A stretch of DNA of 41,941 nucleotides, taken from contig JBFFOS010000001.1 of the NCBI GenBank assembly GCA_041574375.1, forward strand, positions 1 to 41,941, in the 5' to 3' direction. Positions 24,246-33,637 of the stretch are shown in pieces (position 1 is the first letter of the stretch; each line of letters opens with the position of its first letter). Made by a program: the position numbers and the translations under genes. The notes under the pieces are model-generated. The model was not told the DNA's origin, made no database searches, and saw only the letters and a list, made by a program, of their open reading frames with translations. The DNA comes from Woeseiaceae bacterium (GTDB lineage Bacteria; Pseudomonadota; Gammaproteobacteria; Steroidobacterales; Woeseiaceae).

Positions 24246-25613
24246 TTACTTAATCACGTAGCACGGATCGTAATCTCCGCGCGAAATCTTCATGCGATGC
24301 TGGGCAACGAAGCCACTCAGCAATTCATCCATCAGCCCCATGATTCGTCTCGAACCATTGATTTCGAACGGCCCTTTTTGCTCGATAATTTCGGCTGTGT
24401 CTTCACGCACGTTGCCCGAGACAATGCCTGAAAAGGCCCTGCGCAAATTCGCAGCGAGTTTGTGTGGGGGAAGCCCTTCATTGATGTCCAGGTCCCGCAT
24501 CGCTTTGTGCGTTGCGACAAACGGATGCTGAAAATCATCGTCGATCGTCAGGCGCCAATTGAAATAGTAAGCGTCCCCGTGCCGGGTGCGAAAATCCAGC
24601 ACCTCCTTCAGGCCTTGTTTCATCTGGCGAGCAACCTCGCGCGAGTCGCCGATGATGACCTGGTAACGACGTTGTGCATCAGCACCAAGCGTGGCTCCCA
24701 CGAATTCATCGATTTGCCTGAAATAAGCTTTCGCCGACGCCGGTCCGGTCATAATCATCGGGAACGGCTGACTCTCGTTGTCCGGATGCAAAAGCACGCC
24801 GAGCAAATACAGGATCTCCTCGGCCGTTCCGACTCCACCTGGAAACACGATTATGCCGTGTCCTACACGCACGAACGCCTCAAGTCGTTTTTCCATGTCG
24901 GGCATGATGACCAGCGCATTGACGATCGGGTTCGGCGACTCCGCGGCGATGATACCGGGTTCGGTGATACCCACGTAGCGGCTGCCCCGAATGCGCTGCT
25001 TCGCATGACCAATCGTGGCACCTTTCATCGGGCCTTTCATTGCCCCCGGTCCACAGCCCGTACAGACATTGAGGCCACGCAAGCCGAGTTGATATCCGAC
25101 CTGCTTGGAGTAGTCGTATTCCTCCCGGCTGATCGCATGCCCCCCCCAGCAGACTGCCAGGTTGACACTCGCCGGGAGCATCAATAGTCGAGCATTGCGA
25201 ACAATGTGGAAGACCGCGTTGGTTATGCCGCCCGACGTGGACAGGTCGAAACGACCACTGTCGATAACCTCGTTGCGGGTGAAAACGATGTCCCTGAGCA
25301 CGGCAGATAGCAGTTCCCGGGTACCACGAATCATCTTGCCGTCGACAAATGCGTCGGCCGGGGCATTTTTGAGCGACACCTTGAGGCCGCGATCCTGGCG
25401 AATGAAGCCAATTTCGAAATCGCGATACGTCCTGAGCAGCGCACGTGCATCATCCGTGTGGCTGTCTGAATTCAGGACGGCCAGCATGCAACGGCGCAGT
25501 AGCGGATACAGTCCACCGGACCCGCTGCTCTGCAACTGATCGGCTTCAAATTGCGAAAGAACTTCGAGGCTACCCTCAGGCCAGACTTCCGCGTCAATGA
25601 ATTCGCCGAACAT
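24246..25613 (-). CDS. ppnN: Nucleotide 5'-monophosphate nucleosidase PpnN (YgdH, LOG family)
   Basis: 455 aa, collinear with E. coli PpnN from memory: VCWGGHAI...QLGLRGLNVCTGCGPGAMKGPMKGA...GITEPGIIAAESPNP...MPDMEKRLEAFVR..HGIIVFPGGVGTAEE..YLLG...FVAQHRMK. Confidence 0.9.
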   Translation of the reverse strand: MFGEFIDAEVWPEGSLEVLSQFEADQLQSSGSGGLYPLLRRCMLAVLNSDSHTDDARALLRTYRDFEIGFIRQDRGLKVSLKNAPADAFVDGKMIRGTRELLSAVLRDIVFTRNEVIDSGRFDLSTSGGITNAVFHIVRNARLLMLPASVNLAVCWGGHAISREEYDYSKQVGYQLGLRGLNVCTGCGPGAMKGPMKGATIGHAKQRIRGSRYVGITEPGIIAAESPNPIVNALVIMPDMEKRLEAFVRVGHGIIVFPGGVGTAEEILYLLGVLLHPDNESQPFPMIMTGPASAKAYFRQIDEFVGATLGADAQRRYQVIIGDSREVARQMKQGLKEVLDFRTRHGDAYYFNWRLTIDDDFQHPFVATHKAMRDLDINEGLPPHKLAANLRRAFSGIVSGNVREDTAEIIEQKGPFEINGSRRIMGLMDELLSGFVAQHRMKISRGDYDPCYVIK

Positions 25614-26105
25614 TCAGGGCCGAATTTCGATGGGCGTATTCTCGCCAGTCATGAGCCAGATATCGATCATGTCGGAGTTGGATACGGCAATACAGCCATT
25701 GGTCCAGTCCTGGGTGCGGTAGTAGGTCTCGGACCGGGTCGGGTCATTAGGCTGCCCATGAATCATGATCGCTCCACCCGGGTCAACGCCCATCTCGCCC
25801 GCCTCGCGTCGATCCTTCGGGTCAGGATAGGAAATGCGAATCGACAGGAAATAATCACTGTTCGGATTGCGCGCGTCGAGATAGTACTTGCCTTCGGGCG
25901 TCTTGAAATCGCCTTCTCGCTTCTTGTCCCCGACGGGACGAATGCCCAGGGCGATCTTGTACGTCCGGAACGCCTTGCCTTGCTGAATCAGGTGCAGCTT
26001 TCGCGCCCCTTTCTCGATAACGACGCGGTCAGCCACGGGAAACTCGCTGGCCTGCATCAGGCCCGGCAGAAGAAGAACTAACAATGCCACCGCAAGAAGT
26101 TTCAT
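25614..26105 (-). CDS. L,D-transpeptidase (YkuD-domain) family protein, exported
   Basis: 163 aa with signal peptide MKLLAVALLVLLLPGLMQA. The YkuD catalytic motif is IMIHG...TNGCIAVSN. Its stop codon abuts the ppnN ATG (TGA|ATG). Confidence 0.88.
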   Translation of the reverse strand: MKLLAVALLVLLLPGLMQASEFPVADRVVIEKGARKLHLIQQGKAFRTYKIALGIRPVGDKKREGDFKTPEGKYYLDARNPNSDYFLSIRISYPDPKDRREAGEMGVDPGGAIMIHGQPNDPTRSETYYRTQDWTNGCIAVSNSDMIDIWLMTGENTPIEIRP

Positions 26106-26155
26106 GACGGCAAGCCTAGCAAAACTCCGGCGTCGGAAAAAAGAGCCAATTCACA

Positions 26156-26557
26156 CTACACGTTACGACCGGCGATCCAGCCAATCGCAAAGCCAATGCC
26201 ACCGGCGACCAGCGTATAGGCTGGCAGATAGCGAAAAACCCGGTCCGGATACTCCGCATCGCTGAACATGTCATTAAGGTTTACGGAGTACGCATAGTGC
26301 AGGTACGCGTTCAACCCGAGGGCAGGAATCGCAAATCCCAGGGTACCAAGTGGCATGCGCATGCCCGCTCCGGACCAGCGTCCTCCACCCCGGTGCAAGG
26401 TCAGCAACGACAGGCCAAGCAGGAGCGCGATCGGGAGGAGATTGCGCAGCAGCCAGGGGCCGCCTTCCTGCACCTCGGCAAACCAGGATGCCGCGGCAAC
26501 CGCCAGCAGGAGAACGGGAAGAAAGCGCACGACAAGGTATTTGTGGCGTGCTTCCAT
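26156..26557 (-). CDS. Hypothetical integral membrane protein (about 4 TM)
   Basis: 133 aa and strongly hydrophobic (FLPVLLLAVAAASWF; LLPIALLLGLSLLTL; LGTLGFAIPALGLNAYL; AYTLVAGGIGFAIGWIAG). Its ATG overlaps the mltD stop (TGATG). No family recognised. Confidence 0.6.
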   Translation of the reverse strand: MEARHKYLVVRFLPVLLLAVAAASWFAEVQEGGPWLLRNLLPIALLLGLSLLTLHRGGGRWSGAGMRMPLGTLGFAIPALGLNAYLHYAYSVNLNDMFSDAEYPDRVFRYLPAYTLVAGGIGFAIGWIAGRNV

Positions 26558-28470
26558 CAGGTGGTATCGACATCCGTCAGGATCGGGATCTGCACTTTGG
26601 TGCCTGGCTGCACGTTGTGCATGTCGACTTCCGGATTGTACTGGCGGAATAGCCAGACAGGAACATCGTACTGACGCAGTGCAATAACCCAGATCGACTC
26701 CCCGCGTTTGATGACGTGTTCGTTTACATCGCTGATGACATGCTGACGGAAAAAACTGTCCTGTTGTGTACGGTGATAGGCAATGCGCCGCTGCTCAAAT
26801 GCCTTGGCATCCACCGTGCCAAGATCCAGGCGAATCCGCTGGCCGACATCCACAGGTGTCCTGAATGCCAGACCGTTCAGATCACGCAGCCGCTGCGTCT
26901 TGATCTCGAGCCAGTCGCCATAGTGCCCGAGCGTCTCGAGTGGCTGAACCTCGATCGTGCCGTCGGCTGCAACGCTATAGTCGCTCGGGTCCGACAACAG
27001 CGCTGTCTGGAGCGGACCTCGCGGCGGACTCGCCAAGTCATCTGCCAGCGCTGCCGGCGTCATTTCTTCAACTTCCGGCAGCGTTTCGGTTGGCGCTACG
27101 CTTGCCACCACGGTTGGCTCCACGACGGCGGGCCCTACCGGTGCCGATGCCACAGGCAGCGGCCCGGCCGCGGGCAAACGCAATCGTTGGCCTGCACGAA
27201 TACGGTGACTGCTACTCAATTGGTTCAAGGCAACCAGCGTGGAAACGAGCGTATCGTAGGTCTCGGCAATCTGCGATAGCGTGTCACCGCGCGCCACGGT
27301 GTGGAACATGTCAGGCAGCTGCTTGGGGAACGTTGCGGTCGCGGGAAGACCTGCAAGCAACGTATCCAGCGAACCCTGTACAGAGGCTGCCGGCAGACGA
27401 AGTTCATAGCCTTTGGGCAGGTATTTACTACCCTGCCACACCGTCGCCTGTAGCCCCGGGTTGTGTGTGGCAATGTGCTTGCGCGAAACGCCGAGACCTT
27501 CACTCAGTCCGTCGACCGACACGTAGGTCGGCATCTTTGCTGTTGTATACACTGTCGGCTTTTCGGGAACTACACCCGGAAAGTACTTTTCGACATTCTG
27601 GTCCACCTCCCTGGCCGCAAGAAACGCCACGTAGAAATTGCGCGATGCGAACCCGAACGTTCTGCCATTGTATTTGCGGAGTATGTCGACGTATGCGGTA
27701 TCGCCATACTGCCGCATCGCGCGGCGCACTCCGGCGAGACCATGGTTATAGGCCGTGATGGCCATGGGCCAGTTGCCTGTAATCGAGTAGTTGTACGCGA
27801 GCAGGCGACCGGCAGCGCGCGTCGCCGCGAAGGGGTCATTACGTTCATCAACAACGTGATCGACGCGCATGTAGCGACGCCCGGTGCTGCGCGTAAATTG
27901 CCAGATTCCGGATGCGCCGACATGCGATCGCGCGTCCGGGTTATAGGACGACTCGACGTGCGGCAGAGCAACTATGTCAGTTGGCACCCCGAGCGCTGTG
28001 AATTGTTCATTGACGTAATCCCGCCAGCGGCCCGATCGCTCGAGTCCGTCTCTGAACCGATCGCGGAGTCCATGCTGGTAGCGGACACGCTTTACAGCCG
28101 CAGACAGGGTCTCGTTCGATACATCATCGGGCCACAATGACAATATGCGTGCTTCTTCAGCACTCAGGTTGTTGCGCTTTCCCGATGCAAGCGTGCGCAA
28201 AACCGCTTGTATCTGCTTGCGCCTTTTGTCGACTCGCCGGTTTCGTTCGCTCCGCGACGTCTTTTCGGGCATATCAAGTCGCGCATAGACAACCGCAAGA
28301 TTGCGATTATCGTGCAACACACCCTCATCGACCGAGTACTGCGAAAATATCGATACCCAGAAGTCGACATCGGGCTGCAATTCAGGCGGCAGGGGAAATA
28401 ATTCGCTGGCAGTGGCGGTCCTCGTAAGAAGGACCAGCACGACCAGCCAGAAACAGCGAATACTTGTCAT
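26557..28470 (-). CDS. mltD: Membrane-bound lytic murein transglycosylase D-like (SLT domain + LysM repeats)
   Basis: The true start is taken at ATG 28470 (MTSIRCFWLVVLVLLTRTATA signal), giving 637 aa. The SLT catalytic region is LPHVESSYNPDARSHVGASGIWQFTRSTG. LysM-like repeats include HTVARGDTLSQIAETYD...LNQL and HVIKRGESIWVIALRQYDV. The 188-codon upstream extension in the ORF track overlaps the divergent gene. Confidence 0.88.
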   Translation of the reverse strand: MTSIRCFWLVVLVLLTRTATASELFPLPPELQPDVDFWVSIFSQYSVDEGVLHDNRNLAVVYARLDMPEKTSRSERNRRVDKRRKQIQAVLRTLASGKRNNLSAEEARILSLWPDDVSNETLSAAVKRVRYQHGLRDRFRDGLERSGRWRDYVNEQFTALGVPTDIVALPHVESSYNPDARSHVGASGIWQFTRSTGRRYMRVDHVVDERNDPFAATRAAGRLLAYNYSITGNWPMAITAYNHGLAGVRRAMRQYGDTAYVDILRKYNGRTFGFASRNFYVAFLAAREVDQNVEKYFPGVVPEKPTVYTTAKMPTYVSVDGLSEGLGVSRKHIATHNPGLQATVWQGSKYLPKGYELRLPAASVQGSLDTLLAGLPATATFPKQLPDMFHTVARGDTLSQIAETYDTLVSTLVALNQLSSSHRIRAGQRLRLPAAGPLPVASAPVGPAVVEPTVVASVAPTETLPEVEEMTPAALADDLASPPRGPLQTALLSDPSDYSVAADGTIEVQPLETLGHYGDWLEIKTQRLRDLNGLAFRTPVDVGQRIRLDLGTVDAKAFEQRRIAYHRTQQDSFFRQHVISDVNEHVIKRGESIWVIALRQYDVPVWLFRQYNPEVDMHNVQPGTKVQIPILTDVDTT

Positions 28471-28551
28471 TTGGCGTCGTTCAGGTTTCAATCGCAAATT
28501 ATTGAATAGTTCACGGAAATTCTCGGCATTGTGCCGTATTTTGAGCCCTAT

Positions 28552-29856
28552 ATGAGCGCATTTTGTCTTCGAACATTTTTGCCCATGCGTATTCTCCCGC
28601 TGCTGGCCTACATTTGCCTGTCTGTGACGCCACATCCCGTGCTGGCGGGGGAGACGGCGGTCGAGCCGTCGGACAACGGCGTGGACATGCTTCAGGATTC
28701 GACCGACGACGGCGATGCGCGTTCCAGTGAAACATCGGCCGCCGCCGAGAATCTTGTCGATGCCGTGCCAGCTCACGAACACGATGTACCACTGGCGGAC
28801 GCCGTCACCACCGCAGAAGGTCTTGCCGAACCGCTGCAGTTGCTGGGCTCTGAAGTAGCGCCCGGCTCGTCGCAACGCCTGGCGTGGTCGGCAACCGAAC
28901 TGTTTGAAGGCGTGCCCGTTTCGACGCCCGTGCTGGTCGTAAATGGCAGCCGGCCCGGCCCAAACCTCTGCCTGACTGCGGCCGTCCATGGCGACGAGCT
29001 TAACGGCATCGAGATGGTGCGTCGCGTTTTGCATGACATTGATCCAGATAAGTTGTCAGGCGCGGTCATTGGCGTACCCATCGCCAATGTGCAGGGATTC
29101 CGGCGGGGGTCGCGCTACCTGCCGGACCGCCGCGACCTGAACCGATATTTCCCCGGAAATCCCAACGGGAGCGCCGCGGCGCGCATAGCGCATGCCTTGT
29201 TCACCAATGTGATCGCGCACTGCGACGCGCTCGTTGACCTGCACACGGGATCATTCGAGCGTGCCAACCTTCCACAGATTCGCGCAGATCTCAGGAACCC
29301 GGATGTCGTCACGCTAACCCTCGGCTTTGGCTCGATGGTTGTCCTGCATAGCGAACCGACGGTCGGCACCCTGCGCTATGCAGCAACGTCGGCCGGCATT
29401 CCGGCCGTGACACTGGAAGCCGGTGGCCCATCGCAACTCGAACTCGCCGAAGTCAAACACGGTGTGAAAGGCCTGGAAACACTGCTGACGACATTGGGAA
29501 TGGTGAAAAAGATGCGTCTCTGGGGCGATCCGGAACCCGTCTATTACCGCTCGTCCTGGGTCCGCGCCGACAACGGCGGCATCCTGCTTGCAGATGTGAG
29601 TCTCGGCAGCACGGTCCGCAAAGGCGATCTTCTCGGCACGATTACCGACCCGATGAGCAATGCGCGCAGCGAACTCCGTTCTCCGTTTTCGGGTCGCATC
29701 ATCGGCATGGCGCGAAACCAGGTGGTTATGCCCGGATTTGCAGCGTTCCATGTCGGCATTCAGGCCGAAGACGTCGAAGTCATCCATGACGACGAGCCGA
29801 CTGATCTGACGAAGAAATCCAACACCGGTGGTTACGTGGACGGCATGTCCGAGTAA
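28552..29856 (+). CDS. Exported succinylglutamate desuccinylase/aspartoacylase (AstE/AspA, M14-like) family zinc hydrolase
   Basis: LCLTAAVHGDELNG (HxxE zinc motif), GVPIANVQGFRRGSRYLPDRRDLNRYFPG and ALVDLHTGS fit the family. The start is uncertain (GTG 28531, ATG 28552 or ATG 28585). MRILPLLAYICLSVTPHPVLAGE looks like a signal peptide. Confidence 0.8.
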   Translation: MSAFCLRTFLPMRILPLLAYICLSVTPHPVLAGETAVEPSDNGVDMLQDSTDDGDARSSETSAAAENLVDAVPAHEHDVPLADAVTTAEGLAEPLQLLGSEVAPGSSQRLAWSATELFEGVPVSTPVLVVNGSRPGPNLCLTAAVHGDELNGIEMVRRVLHDIDPDKLSGAVIGVPIANVQGFRRGSRYLPDRRDLNRYFPGNPNGSAAARIAHALFTNVIAHCDALVDLHTGSFERANLPQIRADLRNPDVVTLTLGFGSMVVLHSEPTVGTLRYAATSAGIPAVTLEAGGPSQLELAEVKHGVKGLETLLTTLGMVKKMRLWGDPEPVYYRSSWVRADNGGILLADVSLGSTVRKGDLLGTITDPMSNARSELRSPFSGRIIGMARNQVVMPGFAAFHVGIQAEDVEVIHDDEPTDLTKKSNTGGYVDGMSE

Positions 29857-29890
29857 ACTGCCTGCCCGTGGCAGGCTACATAATCACGGC

Positions 29891-30826
29891 ATGAGCGAAC
29901 GCAAACCCCTTTCCAGCTTCTGGCAGCCAAGATACTGGCCCACATGGGTCGGCGTGGGGCTTCTGCGCCTTGCCTGCCTGTTGCCGCATCGCGCCGTGCT
30001 CGCAATTGGTCGCGTCATTGGGCGCGTTGCCCACGCGATCGGCGGTTCGCGTCGCGCCATCGTCCGCCGCAACATCGAGCTGTGCTTCCCGGAAATGACT
30101 GCTGAGGAGCGCGACGCGCTCGCCTACGAACATTTCAAGGCACTGGGCATCAGCGTAATGGAACTGGGCCTGGGGCGCTGGGCCAGCACGCGCCACCTGC
30201 AGTCGATTACACAACTCAACGGGGTCGAACACATACAGGATGCGCTGGCGTCCGGAAAGGGGGTCATCCTTCTGAGCGCCCACTTTACGACTCTCGAGAT
30301 CATGGGACGGGTTCTTGCGGCCGCTATTCCTCCCTTCGACGCTGTGTTTCGCAAGAGCCGCAGCGAATTCATGACCGAGCTGCAGCGCAGCGGCCGCGAA
30401 GTGTCGGCGGCGACGACAATTGAAAAACGCGACATCAAGAAGATGATCCGCAGCCTGCGCGATAACCGGGCTGTCTGGTACGCGCCAGACCAGAGTTATA
30501 ACCGCAAAGGAGCTGAGGTCATCACTTTCTTTGGCGTTCCATCGATGCACACGACAGCCACGTCGACGCTGGCGCGCCTCGGCAATGCGGTAGCCATACC
30601 CTTCTTCCCGATGCGCAACCCCGACGGTACGTATACGCACACCCTGTATCCGCCGCTCGAAGGATTGCCCAGTAAAGACGTAATCGCCGACACGAAAAAA
30701 TATGTCGCGCTGCTCGAGGACCACGTAAGAAAATGCCCGGAGCAGTACTTCTGGGTGCACCGCAAGTTCAAGGACCTGCCGGACGGCTATCCCGACTACT
30801 ACTCGGATCTCGACGCATTGAAATAG
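29891..30826 (+). CDS. lpxL: Lipid A biosynthesis lauroyl/late acyltransferase (LpxL/HtrB family)
   Basis: Start taken at ATG 29891 (311 aa). FWQPRYWPTWVGVGLL...RRNIELCFPEMT..ERD...VILLSAHFTTLE...WYAPDQ...YFWVHRKFK is collinear with LpxL. The ORF-track start at 29828 overlaps the previous gene. Confidence 0.88.
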   Translation: MSERKPLSSFWQPRYWPTWVGVGLLRLACLLPHRAVLAIGRVIGRVAHAIGGSRRAIVRRNIELCFPEMTAEERDALAYEHFKALGISVMELGLGRWASTRHLQSITQLNGVEHIQDALASGKGVILLSAHFTTLEIMGRVLAAAIPPFDAVFRKSRSEFMTELQRSGREVSAATTIEKRDIKKMIRSLRDNRAVWYAPDQSYNRKGAEVITFFGVPSMHTTATSTLARLGNAVAIPFFPMRNPDGTYTHTLYPPLEGLPSKDVIADTKKYVALLEDHVRKCPEQYFWVHRKFKDLPDGYPDYYSDLDALK

Positions 30827-31560
30827 CCTTCCAGCAACTGCTCCCAGTTCGCCGAACGAAAGTGCAGTCGCGGATCCAGTCCGACGATTTTCTGCAGCGA
30901 CCGATGCAGGCGGCTCAGTGTTTCCTGCTGCCACGGACCGGGCGCCCTGAGTGCCCCCTTGTCGAAATCGAGCATCCAGACCAGTTCGTCCGTATCGATC
31001 TGGACGTTATAGGCATTCATGTCGGCGTGGTATACGCCCGCCTCGTGAAATTCGTGGATCGCCGCACCCACCGACTGCCAGAAGGCCTCACCGGGATTGT
31101 TGTCCGCAATATACTGCGACAACGGAACAATACCCGGCACGCGCACCGTGATGATATCCGCCGTGTAGAAAGTACCGCGCTGCACGTAACGAGCGGCCGC
31201 CGGCCTTGGCACGCGCATGTTGTTCGATGCCAGCTTGTCGAGCAGACGCCACTCCATGAAGGAGCGCGTCTTGTCTGCGCCGGAGAAAACATAGGTGTCC
31301 CGGACAAGCTTGCCAATGAGTCCGCCCCGCATGTAGTGCCGCAGTACAAACTGCCTCGGCACATTACCGACGAACATCGTGTTGCCACGACCACCCGACC
31401 GCAGCGAGCCGGTCAGCACCTCGGCATGCAACCAGCCGTTCGGTGTGAACCGCTCATCCGATATCTGGTTGATAATCGACTTATCGTATAGGATGGCGCC
31501 GGTCGCGGTCTTCTCGACAATTTCGGTCAACGGACCCTTTCCCCAATCACTTGCGTGCAT
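30799..31560 (-). CDS. kdkA: 3-deoxy-D-manno-octulosonic acid (Kdo) kinase
   Basis: 253 aa. FVLRHYMRGGL...EWRLL......GVYHADMNAYNVQIDTDELVWMLDFDKG matches the KdkA kinase motifs (HADLNAHNIL..IDFD) from memory. There is a 28-nt tail-to-tail overlap with lpxL. Confidence 0.85.
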   Translation of the reverse strand: MHASDWGKGPLTEIVEKTATGAILYDKSIINQISDERFTPNGWLHAEVLTGSLRSGGRGNTMFVGNVPRQFVLRHYMRGGLIGKLVRDTYVFSGADKTRSFMEWRLLDKLASNNMRVPRPAAARYVQRGTFYTADIITVRVPGIVPLSQYIADNNPGEAFWQSVGAAIHEFHEAGVYHADMNAYNVQIDTDELVWMLDFDKGALRAPGPWQQETLSRLHRSLQKIVGLDPRLHFRSANWEQLLEGYFNASRSE

Positions 31561-32630
31561 GGATATTGCCTGATTTGAACCTGCAATCGAAGCCCGGGCA
31601 CATTTGCGTCTTGCGCCTTTCGGCGATCGGCGATACGTGCCACGCGCTGGCCGTCATCCGGCGCATGCAGGACAACTGGCCCGACACTCGCATCACCTGG
31701 ATCATCGGTAAGACAGAGGCCGCACTCATGGCCGATATCCCGGACATCGATTTCATTGTCTTTGACAAGTCTCGCGGCCGAGCCGCCTACAGGGACGTGC
31801 GCACGGCGCTGTGCGGCATGCACTTCGACGTCGCGCTGTGCATGCATGCATCGATGCGCGCCAACCTGCTGATCCGCTCGATTCCCGCTACGGTCAGGCT
31901 TGGATTCGACAAGGCCAGGGCAAAAGACTTTCAGTGGCTGTTTACCAACCGGCGTATCGACGCAGCCCGCGGCGAACACGCCATGGAAGCAATGATGGCG
32001 TTTGCGACGAGCATCGGTGCCGAACCGACTGATCTGCGCTGGGACATCCCGTTGTCCGACAGCGACAAGGCGTTCGCGGCCGGTTTTCGCACCGACGACA
32101 GACCGCTGGTTTTGATCAGCCCGTGCAGCAGCCAGCGGGTTCGCAACTACCGCAACTGGAGCATCGAAAACTACGCTGCAGTGATCGGCCATCTCGAGTC
32201 ACACTATCGCGCCCGCGTGTTACTGACCGGTGGACCATCCGATCTCGAAGCTGACTATGGTGATCGCCTGGCAGCCGGCAGCGAGGCAACCAACCTTGTC
32301 GGCCAATCATCGCTCAAGCAGCTTGCCGCGCTTATCGCTGCATCCGATCTCGTGATTTGCCCTGATTCAGGGCCGGCGCATATGGCCACCGCCCTCGGCA
32401 CAACCGTCATTGGCCTGTATGCAGGTTCGAACCCGCAACGAACGGGACCCTATTTGTCACAAAAATACACGATAAATCGCTATCCTGAGGCGATAAAGCT
32501 GTATTTTGGGAGTAAAATCGCCGATCTTCGTTGGGGGCAACGCGTACGGCACCCCGACGTGATGGGTCTGATCAAGGTGGAAGACGTCGTGCAAAGTATA
32601 GATTTTTTCTTCGACGATCGCGGCTTTTAA
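31551..32630 (+). CDS. Glycosyltransferase family 9 (LPS heptosyltransferase-like; WaaC/WaaQ-type, not resolved)
   Basis: 359 aa. ICVLRLSAIGDTCHALAVIRRM...WIIGK...ISPCSS...NW....Y..........VLLTGGPSD.........NLVGQSSLKQLAALIAASDLVICPDSGPAHMATALGT is the GT9 pattern. The listed start is TTG 31551 (overlaps the kdkA start); TTG 31575 is an alternative. Confidence 0.8.
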   Translation: MRAWILPDLNLQSKPGHICVLRLSAIGDTCHALAVIRRMQDNWPDTRITWIIGKTEAALMADIPDIDFIVFDKSRGRAAYRDVRTALCGMHFDVALCMHASMRANLLIRSIPATVRLGFDKARAKDFQWLFTNRRIDAARGEHAMEAMMAFATSIGAEPTDLRWDIPLSDSDKAFAAGFRTDDRPLVLISPCSSQRVRNYRNWSIENYAAVIGHLESHYRARVLLTGGPSDLEADYGDRLAAGSEATNLVGQSSLKQLAALIAASDLVICPDSGPAHMATALGTTVIGLYAGSNPQRTGPYLSQKYTINRYPEAIKLYFGSKIADLRWGQRVRHPDVMGLIKVEDVVQSIDFFFDDRGF

Positions 32631-33637
32631 GGGTTTTTTTCGAGTATTTTTTGCAGAACCGAGTCAGGCCTGAGGTCTTTCAGGCACCTCAGATGGCCCA
32701 GCGGGCATTCACGCTCGTAGCACGGGCTGCATTCCAGACCTAATCGATGAATATCGCGACTTTTCGTGAGCGGAGGCGTAAATTTCGGCGAAGATGACCC
32801 ATATATGCCGTGCACATGCGTCCCGACGGCCGCAGCGATGTGCATGAGCCCCGAGTCATTGGAGACGACCTGTTCGCACGCGGCCAGCAAATCGACAACA
32901 TCCTCGAGCGAGGTCTTGCCACACAGATTCATGGCTTTGCTGCCTCGGGCGATGGCATCGCCGGCCACGGCATCTTTTTCGGACCCCAGCACCCAGACGG
33001 CAAATCCTTCCCGATCAAGGTTGGCGGCGAGTTCCGTGAAATACTCGTGTGGCCAACATTTGGCGGGGCCGTATTCGGCGCCAGGCATCATCGCCACGAT
33101 GCGCCGATCCGTCGCAACACCGAGTTCGCGCATCGCCTTCCGCTGGTTGTCCTCCGCTACCGCCAGTGCCGGATTCGGCAAAGCATCGGGCAGCGCCTCG
33201 TTGTTGTCGAGTCCGAGGGCAACGAAACGCTTGACGGTCTGGTCGAGTACCTCGCGGTCAAACGGCCGCATGTCATTGACGACACCAAAACGCATCTCAC
33301 CCCGGAACCCGGTACGCACGGGAACCTTCGCGAACCAGGGAATGAGTGCTGACTTGTATGATCGTGGCAAGACGATCGCGCGATCGTAGCCCGTACCGCG
33401 AAGTTGTTTCCCGATGCGTCGCCTGGTTCCGAGCCCTGCTTCACCGTGCGCCGTTGCGGATGCGATACCGGTCCTGATTTCGGGCATGCGCGCAACGATC
33501 GGCAGAGACCACTCCGGCGCGAGCACGTCGAGTGCGCGCTCGGGCTCTCGCTGTTTGAGGACCCTGAACAGGGACTGGGCCATGACCATGTCACCGACCC
33601 AGGATGGTCCGACGATCAGTGTTGCTGCGGTCCGCAA
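32627..33637 (-). CDS. waaF: ADP-heptose:LPS heptosyltransferase II
   Basis: 336 aa. [22 protein letters not shown]...[16 protein letters not shown]...[41 protein letters not shown] is collinear with E. coli RfaF from memory. Confidence 0.9.
   Translation of the reverse strand: MRTAATLIVGPSWVGDMVMAQSLFRVLKQREPERALDVLAPEWSLPIVARMPEIRTGIASATAHGEAGLGTRRRIGKQLRGTGYDRAIVLPRSYKSALIPWFAKVPVRTGFRGEMRFGVVNDMRPFDREVLDQTVKRFVALGLDNNEALPDALPNPALAVAEDNQRKAMRELGVATDRRIVAMMPGAEYGPAKCWPHEYFTELAANLDREGFAVWVLGSEKDAVAGDAIARGSKAMNLCGKTSLEDVVDLLAACEQVVSNDSGLMHIAAAVGTHVHGIYGSSSPKFTPPLTKSRDIHRLGLECSPCYERECPLGHLRCLKDLRPDSVLQKILEKNP

Noticed and set aside
28471-29034. 188-codon N-terminal extension of the mltD ORF (ORF track 26557-29034)
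   Set aside because: The extension is Arg/Gly/His-rich, has no signal peptide, and lies antisense to the well-supported AstE/AspA-family gene. The internal ATG 28470 gives a proper signal peptide.
29860-29876. Hairpin GCCTGCC-CGT-GGCAGGC between the M14-like gene and lpxL, considered as a terminator
   Set aside because: It has a 3-nt loop and no U-tract on either strand, and I found no repeat of it elsewhere in the window. It may be a minor RNA structure but is not a supportable terminator or REP call.
29828-29890. Longer lpxL start (29828) and longer hldD start (34623)
   Set aside because: The extra residues precede the conserved N-termini (MSERKP...FWQPRYW; [14 protein letters not shown]) and overlap the neighbouring genes.
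29876-30934. 352-aa minus-strand ORF covering all of lpxL in antisense
   Set aside because: It is Arg/Ala/Gly-rich with no recognisable motifs. LpxL homology on the + strand is strong. Long antisense ORFs are expected in GC-rich coding DNA.
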